Counted from the stretch's first letter, positions 1 to 9,306 are shown. The stretch is 62,196 bases of DNA from an uncultured Planctomycetia bacterium (GCA_964527765.1 CAZGQR010000007.1:38100-100295), one strand, 5' to 3'. Made by a program: numbers and translations. The notes: generated by a model from the letters alone, not told the origin.

Positions 1-111
1 GGAAGAGGTTTTTCCGGCAGCATGAACAGGGCCGTCTCGAAGCATCCGATATTACTGCTGAACGAGCGAAGATGTTCAATAGATCAATGCGCTAAAAAAG
101 GAGGGCAAAAG

Positions 112-609
112 ATGAAAAAAATCATAGTGGCCTGCATCGCGGTTATTTGCCTGGCGCTGATCGGCGTTCAGCCGGCTTCCGCGTGGTGGGGGCGAAAATC
201 CGATGAATTCAAGGAAGTGGCGGCGGAGCTTTTAAAGGGAGGGGTCTCGGAAAAAGACATCAATAGCATGCAGGGATCCATGGAGAACATGTTCAGGAAG
301 GGCGCGAACAAGGAGGATGTAAAGACGGTCGTTTTAAATTTAACAAGGATGGGCCTGTTCGGAAGAGAGCTCACGGATTCCGTTAGCGACGTGAACGGCC
401 TGGTCAACGAAGGGGAAAACGTAAAGGACGCCGGCAATGCCGTCTCCAGGGCGGCGCACGCCGCCAAGCAGAAGGGCTTGAAGGGCAGGGCCCTGGCGGA
501 AGAAGTTCACAAGGCGATACGGCAAAGAAAGCAAGAGCGCGCCAAAACCAAACAGGCGAAGAAAGCGCAAAAGACAGCAAGAGGCAAAGGTAAGGGAGGT
601 AAAAAATGA
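112..609 (+). CDS. secreted hypothetical protein with Lys-rich C-terminus
   Basis: ATG 112 preceded by AAAGGAGGG. Signal peptide MKKIIVACIAVICLALIGVQPASA. ORF-track 22..609 trimmed to the RBS-supported start. Confidence 0.6.
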   Translation: MKKIIVACIAVICLALIGVQPASAWWGRKSDEFKEVAAELLKGGVSEKDINSMQGSMENMFRKGANKEDVKTVVLNLTRMGLFGRELTDSVSDVNGLVNEGENVKDAGNAVSRAAHAAKQKGLKGRALAEEVHKAIRQRKQERAKTKQAKKAQKTARGKGKGGKK

Positions 610-865
610 CAATCGCTTTTGACCCGGTGACCGTAATAAATATGGCTCTTTGCATCCTGATACTGCTTCTGGGGTGTCTGGGGTATAAAAAAATGCGGAT
701 AAATTTTCTCTTTTTATCGGTATAGCGTTCGGGCTTTTCGGCGTGTCACACACTATAAAACTCTTCGGCCTTACAAATGCCTTGATGGATTTCGTGATCG
801 TGATCCGGATACTTGCTTATTTGATAGTCGCATTCGCCCTGTACGGGATAGCGGTCAAACGATGA
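606..865 (+). pseudogene. small hydrophobic membrane protein interrupted by a frameshift in an A7 run (687-693)
   Basis: ATG 606 overlaps the upstream stop (ATGA). Frame 0 stops at 723-725. The -1 frame opens at 689 and runs to TGA 863-865, encoding ...IAFGLFGVSHTIKLFGLTNALMDFVIVIRILAYLIVAFALYGIAVKR. One extra A would give a continuous 86-aa protein. Confidence 0.4.
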
Positions 866-888
866 TCGGACAGAAAAAGGGAGTTGTC

Positions 889-1584
889 ATGAAACGATAC
901 AAAGCCATAACCGTTACGCTGCTTTTCATAATTTTTGTCTTTTCCGCCGCAGGCGCCGCAGGCGCCGACAACAAGTGGGAAGCCCTGGTCGAAAAATCAG
1001 GCAAGGTGCTGTCCGAGGTCCAGCAGATGCCGGATCAAAACGTCCCGGAAGACCTTATGAGGAAATGCTCGGCTATAGCGATATTTCCCTCCACCATATC
1101 GGCAGGCCTGGGAATAGGCGGAAAATACGGACAGGGCATAATCATGGTGCGAAATGAAAGAAGCGGCAGATGGTCGCCTCCGGCTGTCTTCACCATAGCG
1201 GGAGGAAGTATCGGCTGGCAGATAGGAGGGCAGGCAACGGACATCGTCCTGCTTATCATGAGCAGAAAAAGCGTGAAAGGCGTACTGGAAGGCAAATTCA
1301 AGCTGGGCGTGGATGCCGCTGTCGCGGCCGGTCCCGTGGGCAGGGACGCGCAGGCGGCAACGGACGCCAAGCTGGGCGGGATCCTGTCCTATTCCAGGAC
1401 CAGCGGGCTGTTCATCGGAGCCAAACTGGAAGGGGACGTCATCACCCAGCACTGGGACGGCAACAAGGAGCTTTACGGAAAAAGTCTGTCGGCAAAAGAG
1501 ATACTGCTGCAAAATAAAGCTAAAATGCCTAAATCTGCCGAGGGCTTGCTTAAAATATTGAAAAAATATCCCCACAAAAAGTAG
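889..1584 (+). CDS. SYLF (Ysc84/DUF500) lipid-binding domain protein, secreted
   Basis: RBS AAAAGGGAG upstream of ATG 889, followed by a signal peptide. Diagnostic stretch AIAIFPSTISAGLGIGGKYGQGIIMVR...WSPPAVFTIAGGSIGWQIGG...LGVDAAVAAGPVGRDA...ILSYSRTSGLFIGAKLEG. Confidence 0.85.
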   Translation: MKRYKAITVTLLFIIFVFSAAGAAGADNKWEALVEKSGKVLSEVQQMPDQNVPEDLMRKCSAIAIFPSTISAGLGIGGKYGQGIIMVRNERSGRWSPPAVFTIAGGSIGWQIGGQATDIVLLIMSRKSVKGVLEGKFKLGVDAAVAAGPVGRDAQAATDAKLGGILSYSRTSGLFIGAKLEGDVITQHWDGNKELYGKSLSAKEILLQNKAKMPKSAEGLLKILKKYPHKK

Positions 1585-1632
1585 TTATGTGATCTTTCGG
1601 AATGAATGTCTTAAAAAGAAAGGAGAACGAAC

Positions 1633-2307
1633 ATGAGAAACGCATTATGCGCCTTGATCGCAGTCATGTTCCTGGTCTCGTCGTCGATGTCTTTCGCCGA
1701 ATCGGAAGACGTGATGAAAGGGATGGGGGACAAACTGTACAGGGGCGCGATCAACACCTTCACCGGCTGGATAGAGATCCCCGCCCAGATAGCCAAGGGA
1801 TACCAATACGGCTTCATGGGTAAGGATAATACCGGCTTTGTCGGTGCCATAGGCGGCATATTCGCCGGCGTGGGAAGCGCCGCCGGGAGGACCATTTCCG
1901 GCGTGGGCGAGATGGTCGGCTGCTGGGCGCCCGATCCCGAAAGCAACGAAGGGATAGGGATACCCCTTGATGCCGAATACGCCTGGGAAACAGGCACACC
2001 GTATGATATGACCGACCCGAACTTCCAGGACGCGACGACCCGGCCCGTGCTGAAAAAACTCGGCAGAGGCCTGGGCAATGCGCTCTTCGGCGTAGCGGAG
2101 ATCCCCGGCCAGATAATGAAGGGCATCGAGGATAAGGCATGGGATGCCGGTATCCTCAGGGGTATATGGTACTGCCTCGGGCGCGAAGTGGACGGTGTGT
2201 TCGACATAGCCACTTTCATGCTCCCCGGCCCGCGGGACACCAAAGGCGAGCCCTTTGAAGAGGAGTGGCCCTGGACGGCCCTCGAAGAGAGAAAAGCGAA
2301 GAAGTAA
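1633..2307 (+). CDS. TIGR04073-like (exosortase-system-associated family) secreted protein
   Basis: Signal peptide. Two copies of the family-type motif: KLYRGAINTFTGWIEIPAQIAKG and KLGRGLGNALFGVAEIPGQIMKG. The family name is recalled, not searched. Confidence 0.5.
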   Translation: MRNALCALIAVMFLVSSSMSFAESEDVMKGMGDKLYRGAINTFTGWIEIPAQIAKGYQYGFMGKDNTGFVGAIGGIFAGVGSAAGRTISGVGEMVGCWAPDPESNEGIGIPLDAEYAWETGTPYDMTDPNFQDATTRPVLKKLGRGLGNALFGVAEIPGQIMKGIEDKAWDAGILRGIWYCLGREVDGVFDIATFMLPGPRDTKGEPFEEEWPWTALEERKAKK

Positions 2308-2467
2308 CAACCGCTTATCCCTGACAGCAGCCGGGGCTTACAGCTCCGGCTGCTGTTATCCTGAGCTGCCTTCCTGACGTAAAAATCTTTTATTTGCCAA
2401 AATCCAATAGAATATGGTAAACTTATTACACACTATATATGTGTATCCCTCAAAAGGAGGAGGTGCG

Positions 2468-2686
2468 GTGCAAAAACAGGCGGCGCAAAACTGCTGGCAA
2501 GTCTTTGGTTGCAAGAACGCAAAATGCCCGGCATACAAAAAAAACAATAACCCGACCAAATGCTGGCGACTGGCATCAAAATATACGGAAGACATACCTT
2601 CAGGCGTAAGAATAACCGGCGGCATAAAACGCTGCTGGGAGTGTTCATATTTCAAGCAAGTAAACCCCGAATTTTTCAGCGCCTGA
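2468..2686 (+). CDS. small Cys-rich protein, two-CW-domain-like
   Basis: GTG 2468 lies 5 nt after AAAGGAGGAGG. Motifs NCWQVFGCKNAKCPAY...KCW and RCWECSYF. ORF-track 2414..2686 trimmed. Confidence 0.45.
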   Translation: MQKQAAQNCWQVFGCKNAKCPAYKKNNNPTKCWRLASKYTEDIPSGVRITGGIKRCWECSYFKQVNPEFFSA

Positions 2687-2809
2687 TATCCGAAAAGCCC
2701 CCCTTCCCGAAAAATCTTTCTAAATCGAGCTTGTCCCTTGATATTCAGCCCCTGAGGTGGTAAATTTACATGGAGAGCGGAGCTGTGGATCAAGTTAAAA
2801 GGAATTTCC

Positions 2810-3391
2810 TTGAAAAATAATAACATAAGAACAATTCTGGTGATGTTCCTGTGCCTGGCACTGGCGGGGTGCGCGACCACTACTTCGCGATGCGGCTACA
2901 TGACCGGAAGCGTAAAAGAAATGCACCTCAAGGGACTTGATAGCAGCCAGGCGCTTGACCTGTTCCACCGCGTATATAATATGCCCGTGAAAGACAGGGA
3001 GGATGAGATCGCCAAGAACATAACAATAACGGCGTTCATGAAGGCCCTGAAATCCATGCATTCCGGGGAAATAAGGAATTCCGGAGCATTGAAACTGCAG
3101 TATGACAAAATAAATCTCAGAAAATGGAAAAGTGACGACCTTATGGGCATCTACCGGATCCTTAAGGACAGAATGATAGAAGACAAGGACAAGTCCGCAT
3201 CTTCTCCGAAGGAAAAAGCCGAAAAGGAAAACCTGGAGATAATACGTCTGACCGCGCTGTGCTCCATCGGCAATGAAATAAGCCGAAGGGACAGCGCTGC
3301 CGGCGGCTGGGCCGTGTTCGGGCAGGCTCTGGGCGCGGCAACGACCCTTGCGGTGCAGGCGGCGACGGTGCTGGCAGGATTCATGATATGA
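2810..3391 (+). CDS. lipoprotein, hypothetical
   Basis: Signal peptide with lipobox LALAGC. Hydrophobic C-terminal segment. Confidence 0.6.
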   Translation: MKNNNIRTILVMFLCLALAGCATTTSRCGYMTGSVKEMHLKGLDSSQALDLFHRVYNMPVKDREDEIAKNITITAFMKALKSMHSGEIRNSGALKLQYDKINLRKWKSDDLMGIYRILKDRMIEDKDKSASSPKEKAEKENLEIIRLTALCSIGNEISRRDSAAGGWAVFGQALGAATTLAVQAATVLAGFMI

Positions 3392-3434
3392 TCTAGTTAA
3401 AGTTAGTGCAAGCCAAAACAGAAGGAGGCAATTC

Positions 3435-3809
3435 ATGTTGAAGAAGCTCGTAAGCATGACGGTGGCGGTTCTTTTTGTCCTCTGCTGCAGTCTGTCCTAC
3501 GCGCAGGCCGCGAAGGAAGATTTCGACACCCAGCTGAGCAATCTGAACCAGCAGATGAAGGACACGAGAGACGATTACAAGCAGCAGATGAAGGATGCGG
3601 ACCAGCAGATACTGCAGCAGATGAAGGCCTTGGACCCGAAAGATAAGGCTGCGCGCAAAAAGCTTCTGGATCAAAAACGGCAACAGAAGGATAAACTGCA
3701 AAGAGCTTACCAGCAGAAGCAGCAATCGATAAGGGCGCAGATAAAACAGCTTAAGCAGGCCAATAAAGGCAGAATGAGAACCGTCCCGGGCTCCAAACCA
3801 TCCCGTTAG
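3435..3809 (+). CDS. secreted Gln/Lys-rich coiled-coil protein
   Basis: RBS GAAGGAGG. Signal peptide ending SYAQA. Repeated QQMKD motifs. Confidence 0.6.
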   Translation: MLKKLVSMTVAVLFVLCCSLSYAQAAKEDFDTQLSNLNQQMKDTRDDYKQQMKDADQQILQQMKALDPKDKAARKKLLDQKRQQKDKLQRAYQQKQQSIRAQIKQLKQANKGRMRTVPGSKPSR

Positions 3810-3938
3810 GGACGTTTTTCAAATTAAGTCCAGACCGTAAAAAAATCTGAACCTGGACCTGTCCCCGAGGTCAATCCTGGACCTGTCCCTGGGCTCAATC
3901 CTGGACCTGTCCCCGATAAAAAGGGGTGCAGGTCTGGG
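3809..3938. repeat. GGGACGTTTTTC...(CTGGACCTGTCCCY)x3 repeat element, 24-nt period, with a degenerate inverted copy
   Basis: GGGACGTTTTTC at 3809-3820. CTGGACCTGTCCC at 3853, 3877 and 3901. Inverted GCAGGTCTGGG at 3926-3938. The left 110 nt are a near copy of 5221-5330. Confidence 0.8.
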
Positions 3939-5208
3939 AATAAGTTCTGTAAGAGTATAACATCGCGAAGGCCAAGAAGAGAGTGCCGATCGAGATGTGT
4001 ATGAAATGCCACGTATTCACGACCGGCATAAAGTCAGTAAGATCGGTGCCGTACACAGACGTCAAAAGCATGTATGCTCCCAGAGCAGTGTAAAGAAGGC
4101 GTCTTTTCGCGCTTTTCAACGTAAAATAGATCGTAATACCCAGAGGGATTATAAGATTGATATAATACGCCCCCCAGGAGATGGGGGAGAAAAAGAGGGT
4201 GACCAATATCAATATCGATATTTCCAGGTACCTGAACCTTGTCTCATCCTGACTTCGCAAGAACTTTCCATACCATAAAGTCACCACGTATGCCAACAGT
4301 GTAAAGAAAGCGCTCAATGGATAAGCAAGCTGCGCCGGGGAAAACATTTCCTTTACGGTGCTGTTCTTCATGAGCTGGATAACGATCGCGTACACGAACG
4401 ACTGATTTTTATAATCCAGCAGCTGTGACGGCACGGACAATGTAAGGATATTAACCCAGCTCTTTATCATCTCAAATGCACCGCTCAGGCCGAGCGCGCA
4501 CGCGGGAACGAACAAAAAAGCCGCGAATGCCAGGGCCGTTGATACCAGCAGCTTTATTTTTCTCCTGAACAAAAAATAGACAAGCATCGGAACGAATAAA
4601 AGTTTCATCTGCAGTATCAGAGCGAATATGATACCGCACGCGGTCTCCCTGTTCCTGATATAAGAGATCAGGAACAACACGAAAAGAAAGGCGACTATTA
4701 TGTCCGTCTGCCCCTGTGCAACGTTCATAAAATAATATTTCAGCGTCCCTATGGAAACACCCCATAAGATGGCGAACCCATACTGCCGTTCAGCGTTAAA
4801 ATCATGACGGATACGGTTCGCCAGAAGAAGCAGCGCCGCCAGCAGCGTGACATTCAAAAGTATGGACCACCAGAAAAGTGCAGTGGCAGGATACAGGAAC
4901 CTGCTGAAAGGGATCATGATAAAAGCCGCGAAAGGTGAATACCTGAAGTGAAAAAATCCCTCTCTTTCATCATAGACAGGATATTGTCCCGGTTCCGCCG
5001 TCCCGGCAATATGCCGACTTAGATTTCCGGCAGCGATCCAGTACACTTTAAAATCAGAAAGGCCCGTCCACCCGTCCTCCCCGGGGAGATTACACGTATT
5101 CCTGTGCTGGTAGTAGATGTCTATAGTTAAGGAAAGTGCGGCGAAAACAATTACAAAAACAAGAATACTGCAAAAAAATCTTTTAGCAATCTTCATATCC
5201 TCCTCCAA
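3895..5208 (-). CDS. polytopic membrane glycosyltransferase, DUF2029/GT87-like (GT-C fold)
   Basis: 437-aa ORF with about 10 hydrophobic segments. Motif YPVYDEREGFFHFRYSPFAAFIMIPF. Paralogue of 5461..6816. The last 10 codons run into the repeat element. Confidence 0.65.
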   Translation of the reverse strand: MEEDMKIAKRFFCSILVFVIVFAALSLTIDIYYQHRNTCNLPGEDGWTGLSDFKVYWIAAGNLSRHIAGTAEPGQYPVYDEREGFFHFRYSPFAAFIMIPFSRFLYPATALFWWSILLNVTLLAALLLLANRIRHDFNAERQYGFAILWGVSIGTLKYYFMNVAQGQTDIIVAFLFVLFLISYIRNRETACGIIFALILQMKLLFVPMLVYFLFRRKIKLLVSTALAFAAFLFVPACALGLSGAFEMIKSWVNILTLSVPSQLLDYKNQSFVYAIVIQLMKNSTVKEMFSPAQLAYPLSAFFTLLAYVVTLWYGKFLRSQDETRFRYLEISILILVTLFFSPISWGAYYINLIIPLGITIYFTLKSAKRRLLYTALGAYMLLTSVYGTDLTDFMPVVNTWHFIHISIGTLFLAFAMLYSYRTYSQTCTPFYRGQVQD

Positions 5209-5220
5209 TATATTATACCA

Positions 5221-5407
5221 GGGACGTTTCTCAAATTAAACCCAGACCGTAAAAAATCCTGAAGCTGGACTTGTCCCCAGATCCGATCTCAGACCTGTCC
5301 CTATAATTCGTTCCCGGACCTGTCCCTCTTTTTATGCTTTAAGCTATTGGGGACAGGTCTGAGATTGAGCTTGGGGACAGGTCTGGGAACAAATCGAAAA
5401 ACGTCCC
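5221..5407. repeat. large imperfect inverted repeat built from GGGGACAGGTCY motifs, in a divergent intergenic region
   Basis: Reverse-orientation motifs at 5265-5278, 5290-5302 and 5315-5327. Forward motifs at 5349-5360 and 5373-5387. Outer arms GGGACGTTTCTC (5221) and GAAAAACGTCCC (5396-5407). Confidence 0.8.
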
Positions 5408-5460
5408 TAATTGCATCATGTGTCTTGTAAAAACCAGGCCGGTATAATATATTAGGATAT

Positions 5461-6816
5461 ATGCGGGTGCCAGTAATGCCCAGAAAAGCGTTCACCAATC
5501 TCTATGTATTCCTGATAGCGTTCGCGATAATCTCATTAAGCGCGGACATCTGTTTTTTGGGGAGGAATACCTCCGGGGAGCCGGGCATGGAAGGGTGGGA
5601 GGGCATGCCCGATTTCAAGGTATTCTGGGTCTCGGCGCGAAACCTTGACTACCGCATGAGCCCGGCAGCACAGGACCCTTCAGTAAAAAGCACCCTTCAG
5701 CGCAAGTACCCCGTCTACGACAAGAACGAAAGATTCTATCACTTCAGATATTCGCCGTTCATGGCGCTCGCCCTGATCCCGATAGGCAGGATAACCTATC
5801 CGGCCATGGCTCTATTCTTATGGTCCATATTCTGCAATATTATTTTTCTATCTGCCGTACTGCTTCTGACCAGACGGCTTTCCCGTGATTTCAATGCCCC
5901 GGATACCCACAGATACATCATCCTGTGGGGCGCATTCCTGGCGACAGCCAGATATTATCTGATGATCCTGGGGCAGGGGCAGACCGACGCCCTTGTCGCT
6001 TTTCTCTTCGTCGTATTCCTGCTGGCTTATCTGGACAAAAAAGAGATCCTATGCGGGGTGATACTCGCCCTTATATTACAAATGAAACTCCTGTTCCTTC
6101 CTCTCCTGCTTTACTTTTTGGTTAGAGGAAGGATAAAACTCCTGACGTCAACGATAGTGTCGTTTTTCGCGCTTTTATTCCTCCCGGCGTGTTTTATCGG
6201 GCTGAGTGAGACCATGGCACTCTTGAAAAACTGGATGGACATCCTGAGCATGACGGTCACGTCACAACTGTTGAACTTAAAAAATCAATCGATCGCATAC
6301 GGCATAAGCGTTCTTCTCCTCAAGAACAGTTACATAAAGGAAAACGTCCGTCCCGAATATCTGATATACCCCTTGAGCGGTTTATTCACGCTGTTTTCAT
6401 ATATGGCGATCCTGTGGTTCAGGAGATCCGCCAGAAATACGAACGAGATAAAGCATGACTATATCGAGATCTCGATGCTGCTCATCGTGTCGCTTCTTTT
6501 CGCTCCAACGTCATGGGAAGCTTACTACGTCAATCTCATAATACCGCTGGCAATCACGATACTGTTTACGCTCAGGAGCAGAAAAAGAGGTCTCCTGTGC
6601 GCCGCGATGGGCATGTATTTCATTTTAAGCTGCGCGATAGGCACCGACCTCACTAAATATATCCCCGGCGTGAACAGCTTTCGCTTTATAAATATCTCGC
6701 TGGGAACAATATTCCTGCTTTTCGCGATGATATATTCTTATATCAAAAACATTGGACAATCGGGAAATACACCTTATAATAGTAGCAGCTTATTTCAAGA
6801 ACCCGTTAAACCATGA
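5461..6816 (+). CDS. polytopic membrane glycosyltransferase, DUF2029/GT87-like (paralogue)
   Basis: 451 aa, colinear with 3895..5208 (YPVYDKNERFYHFRYSPFMALALIPIG; GQGQTDALVAFLFVVFLL). The start could instead be ATG 5476. Confidence 0.65.
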   Translation: MRVPVMPRKAFTNLYVFLIAFAIISLSADICFLGRNTSGEPGMEGWEGMPDFKVFWVSARNLDYRMSPAAQDPSVKSTLQRKYPVYDKNERFYHFRYSPFMALALIPIGRITYPAMALFLWSIFCNIIFLSAVLLLTRRLSRDFNAPDTHRYIILWGAFLATARYYLMILGQGQTDALVAFLFVVFLLAYLDKKEILCGVILALILQMKLLFLPLLLYFLVRGRIKLLTSTIVSFFALLFLPACFIGLSETMALLKNWMDILSMTVTSQLLNLKNQSIAYGISVLLLKNSYIKENVRPEYLIYPLSGLFTLFSYMAILWFRRSARNTNEIKHDYIEISMLLIVSLLFAPTSWEAYYVNLIIPLAITILFTLRSRKRGLLCAAMGMYFILSCAIGTDLTKYIPGVNSFRFINISLGTIFLLFAMIYSYIKNIGQSGNTPYNSSSLFQEPVKP

Positions 6817-7541
6817 GAATCGCAGCGATAATAATCCTTATATGTCTGGCTGTCCTGGCGGCGTTCTTTCTTTATCGCCTGGTGGTCCCTGAAAAAGAGA
6901 TCACCGTGGGATGGAGGGAGGATTTCGATTCCGTGTCCAGGTCCGGGAAGCCCGTCATTCCAAAATGGTGGAGATTGGCAAAAAAGCCGAATACGCCCCC
7001 GACTTCCTTTTCCGAAGTGATAAATAAAAAAGAAGGCCTGTCCTTCCTCCATATGGAGGCGGACAAAGCGAGTGCCGGTCTGGTCTGCTGGGCCAAGGGG
7101 ATCGACCTGAAAGAAACGCCTGTCCTGCGATGGCGTTGGAGGGTGACCGCCCTGCCGGAAGGAGCGGACGGCAGGGAAGCGGCCAAGGACGATCAGGCTA
7201 TCGGGATCTACGCGGGTACCGGGACCATGCTCAACAAGAAAACCGTATCATACAGGTGGGACACGGATACCCCGAAGGGGTCCGAGGGCAAGTGCGCCTA
7301 CGGTGAAGGGACGGTCAAGGTGAAATGGTACACCTTGCGGAATAAAGATGACGGCGAAAACAAATGGTTCGTTGAAGAACGCAATTTCGCCGAAGATTTT
7401 AAAAAGGCCTGGGGATATTACCCGAGAAAGGTCTATCTGAGCGTTTCCTGTAACAGCCAATATACCGGCACCAGGGCGGAGGCGGACCTGGACTGGATAG
7501 AATTCACCTCCGTCTCCGGCGGTGCAGAAAAAAATGATTAA
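6813..7541 (+). CDS. DUF3047 domain protein with N-terminal membrane anchor
   Basis: ATGA overlap with the upstream gene. Motifs PVLRWRWRVTALPEGAD...KDDQAIGIYAG and SYRWDTD...DLDWIEF. Confidence 0.75.
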   Translation: MRIAAIIILICLAVLAAFFLYRLVVPEKEITVGWREDFDSVSRSGKPVIPKWWRLAKKPNTPPTSFSEVINKKEGLSFLHMEADKASAGLVCWAKGIDLKETPVLRWRWRVTALPEGADGREAAKDDQAIGIYAGTGTMLNKKTVSYRWDTDTPKGSEGKCAYGEGTVKVKWYTLRNKDDGENKWFVEERNFAEDFKKAWGYYPRKVYLSVSCNSQYTGTRAEADLDWIEFTSVSGGAEKND

Positions 7542-8340
7542 AACTTTCCCGGAACATATAGTCAAACCGTCAGTGCTTGTAGAAACCGAGCGTTTCATGG
7601 TCAAGCTGGCGGAAAACCACGAAGAGGTCGAAAAAGCCCAGCGCCTCCGTTATGAAGTCTTTAATCTCGAGCAGGGAAGGGGCCTCGAAAGCGCCGAAAA
7701 ATACGGTATTGACTTTGATGAGTTCGATGAGCACTGCCTTCATCTGCTCGTGCTGAAAAAAGATTCCGACCGCGTGATCGGCACGTACCGCGCCCATCTC
7801 GGGTCTGTCGCCGATTCCGTAAAAGGTTTTTATTCTTCGAGGGAATACGAAATAAAGGGATTATACAGGATCGCGGACAAGTGCCTGGAGCTGGGGCGCA
7901 CATGCGTCTCTCCGGAATACCGTACCGGCGCCGCGGTCGGCCTTCTCTGGGGGGCGATCACCGAACTGTTGGTCAGAGCGAAGCTCAGGTACATGCTGGG
8001 GTGCGTAAGCCTGGAAGAAACAGCCCCCAAAATAGGGTGGGCCATATATGAATATCTGCGCCAAACCGGTTCAATATGCGAAGAATTCTCGGTTACCCCG
8101 CGCCCGGGATTCAAACTGGAACACCCTGTGTCCCATGAAATACAAAAAATCCTGTCGGATGAAAGCGCCCTTAAAAAACATTTCCCCCCTATATTCAAGG
8201 GCTATCTGCGACTCGGGGCGTGCATCTGCGGAGAACCCGCCCTGGACAGGGAATTCGGAACGGTAGATTTTTTCGTGCTGGTCGATATCAATAAGGTCCC
8301 GGATCGCTATACCCGGCATTTTAACTACAGGAAAACATAA
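7522..8340 (+). CDS. GNAT-family N-acyltransferase, OlsB/hemolysin-like
   Basis: AQRLRYEVFNLEQG...DEFDEHCLHLLV...VIGTYR...ELGRTCVSPEYR, typical of acyl-ACP amino-acid N-acyltransferases. Overlaps the upstream gene by 20 nt. Confidence 0.7.
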   Translation: MQKKMIKTFPEHIVKPSVLVETERFMVKLAENHEEVEKAQRLRYEVFNLEQGRGLESAEKYGIDFDEFDEHCLHLLVLKKDSDRVIGTYRAHLGSVADSVKGFYSSREYEIKGLYRIADKCLELGRTCVSPEYRTGAAVGLLWGAITELLVRAKLRYMLGCVSLEETAPKIGWAIYEYLRQTGSICEEFSVTPRPGFKLEHPVSHEIQKILSDESALKKHFPPIFKGYLRLGACICGEPALDREFGTVDFFVLVDINKVPDRYTRHFNYRKT

Positions 8341-8348
8341 CCCGCAAT

Positions 8349-9104
8349 ATGGCTTTTTTCCGCCGCTTATACAGGATCGCAGCTCTTGCGCTGTGGACTT
8401 CAGTTCTAACAGCCTTTACAATACCGTACCGCTTCGGAGGCTGGAAGGGGCGAAGAAAAATAAGCCGCATTGTCCACCTGTGGGCGAAAGGTGTCGCGAG
8501 GATCCTCAACCTGCGCATCAAAACATACGGCAACATCCACGACCTTCCCGCCGGTCTGGTAGTATCAAACCACCTGAGTTATATCGATGTAATCGTGCAC
8601 GGAACGGTCTTTCCTGTGCGTTTTACCTCGACAACAGAGATCGCGAAGTGGCCCGTCCTTGGAAAGATCGTTGACGTAAGTTACCCGGTATTGGTTAACA
8701 GGGAATCGAGGCCTGCCTCCCGCAAGGCTTCGAGAGACTTCGCAAAAACCATGAAACGCGGGATGTCTCTTATTGTTTACCCGGAAGGAACGAGCACAGA
8801 CGGAAAAAACGGCATCCTCCCGTTCAAATCCACCTCTTTTGAAGCCGCCGCTGCGGGAAACCTGCCGGTCCTTCCTGTTTTGACGCGTTACCGCGAACCT
8901 CCCGGAAGGCCTACCGTGTGCTGGTTCGGCGACATGACGCTGCTTCCGCATATGTGGCAGGTCCTGGGCTTTCCTTCCATAGACGCGGAACTGCACATCC
9001 TGCCGCCGGTCTCGCCTGAAGGAAGGTCACGGAAGGAGCTGGCATCTTGCGTGTACGAACTCATGGACCGCGAATACAGGCGCATAATAGCGGGGTCCGC
9101 ATAA
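8349..9104 (+). CDS. lysophospholipid acyltransferase (PlsC/OlsA-like)
   Basis: HX4D motif NHLSYIDV and PEGTST motif. Immediately downstream of the OlsB-like gene. Confidence 0.8.
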   Translation: MAFFRRLYRIAALALWTSVLTAFTIPYRFGGWKGRRKISRIVHLWAKGVARILNLRIKTYGNIHDLPAGLVVSNHLSYIDVIVHGTVFPVRFTSTTEIAKWPVLGKIVDVSYPVLVNRESRPASRKASRDFAKTMKRGMSLIVYPEGTSTDGKNGILPFKSTSFEAAAAGNLPVLPVLTRYREPPGRPTVCWFGDMTLLPHMWQVLGFPSIDAELHILPPVSPEGRSRKELASCVYELMDREYRRIIAGSA

Positions 9105-9162
9105 ACACCTTGACAAAAACCCGCGGTTGTGTTAAAATAATCAAAACTTAAGTGGAGAAAAA

Positions 9163-9306
9163 ATGAAAAAGACAGAAAATCTTAATGTTGCTGAGAGAGA
9201 TTTCACTCAGCCGGAAGATCAGGAACACGCAGAACAGAACTACGAAAAAATAGTCAGCTTCCTTCTAAACCGCTATCTCAAAGAGCGCGAGCAGGATAAG
9301 AAATAA
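9163..9306 (+). CDS. small acidic hypothetical protein (47 aa)
   Basis: AGTGGAGAAAAA upstream of the ATG. The ORF is below the track cutoff and has no recognisable family. Confidence 0.3.
   Translation: MKKTENLNVAERDFTQPEDQEHAEQNYEKIVSFLLNRYLKEREQDKK

Noticed and set aside
2356-2880. 174-aa minus-strand ORF across the 2.4-2.9 kb region
   Set aside because: It has no RBS and no recognisable features. It overlaps a plus-strand Cys-rich ORF that has a strong RBS, and also the start of the lipoprotein gene.
3853-3914. 24-nt periodic repeats considered as a mini CRISPR array
   Set aside because: There are only three copies. The repeats are about 14 nt and the spacers about 10 nt, far below CRISPR dimensions. 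The same motif occurs in inverted orientation nearby, and there are no cas genes.
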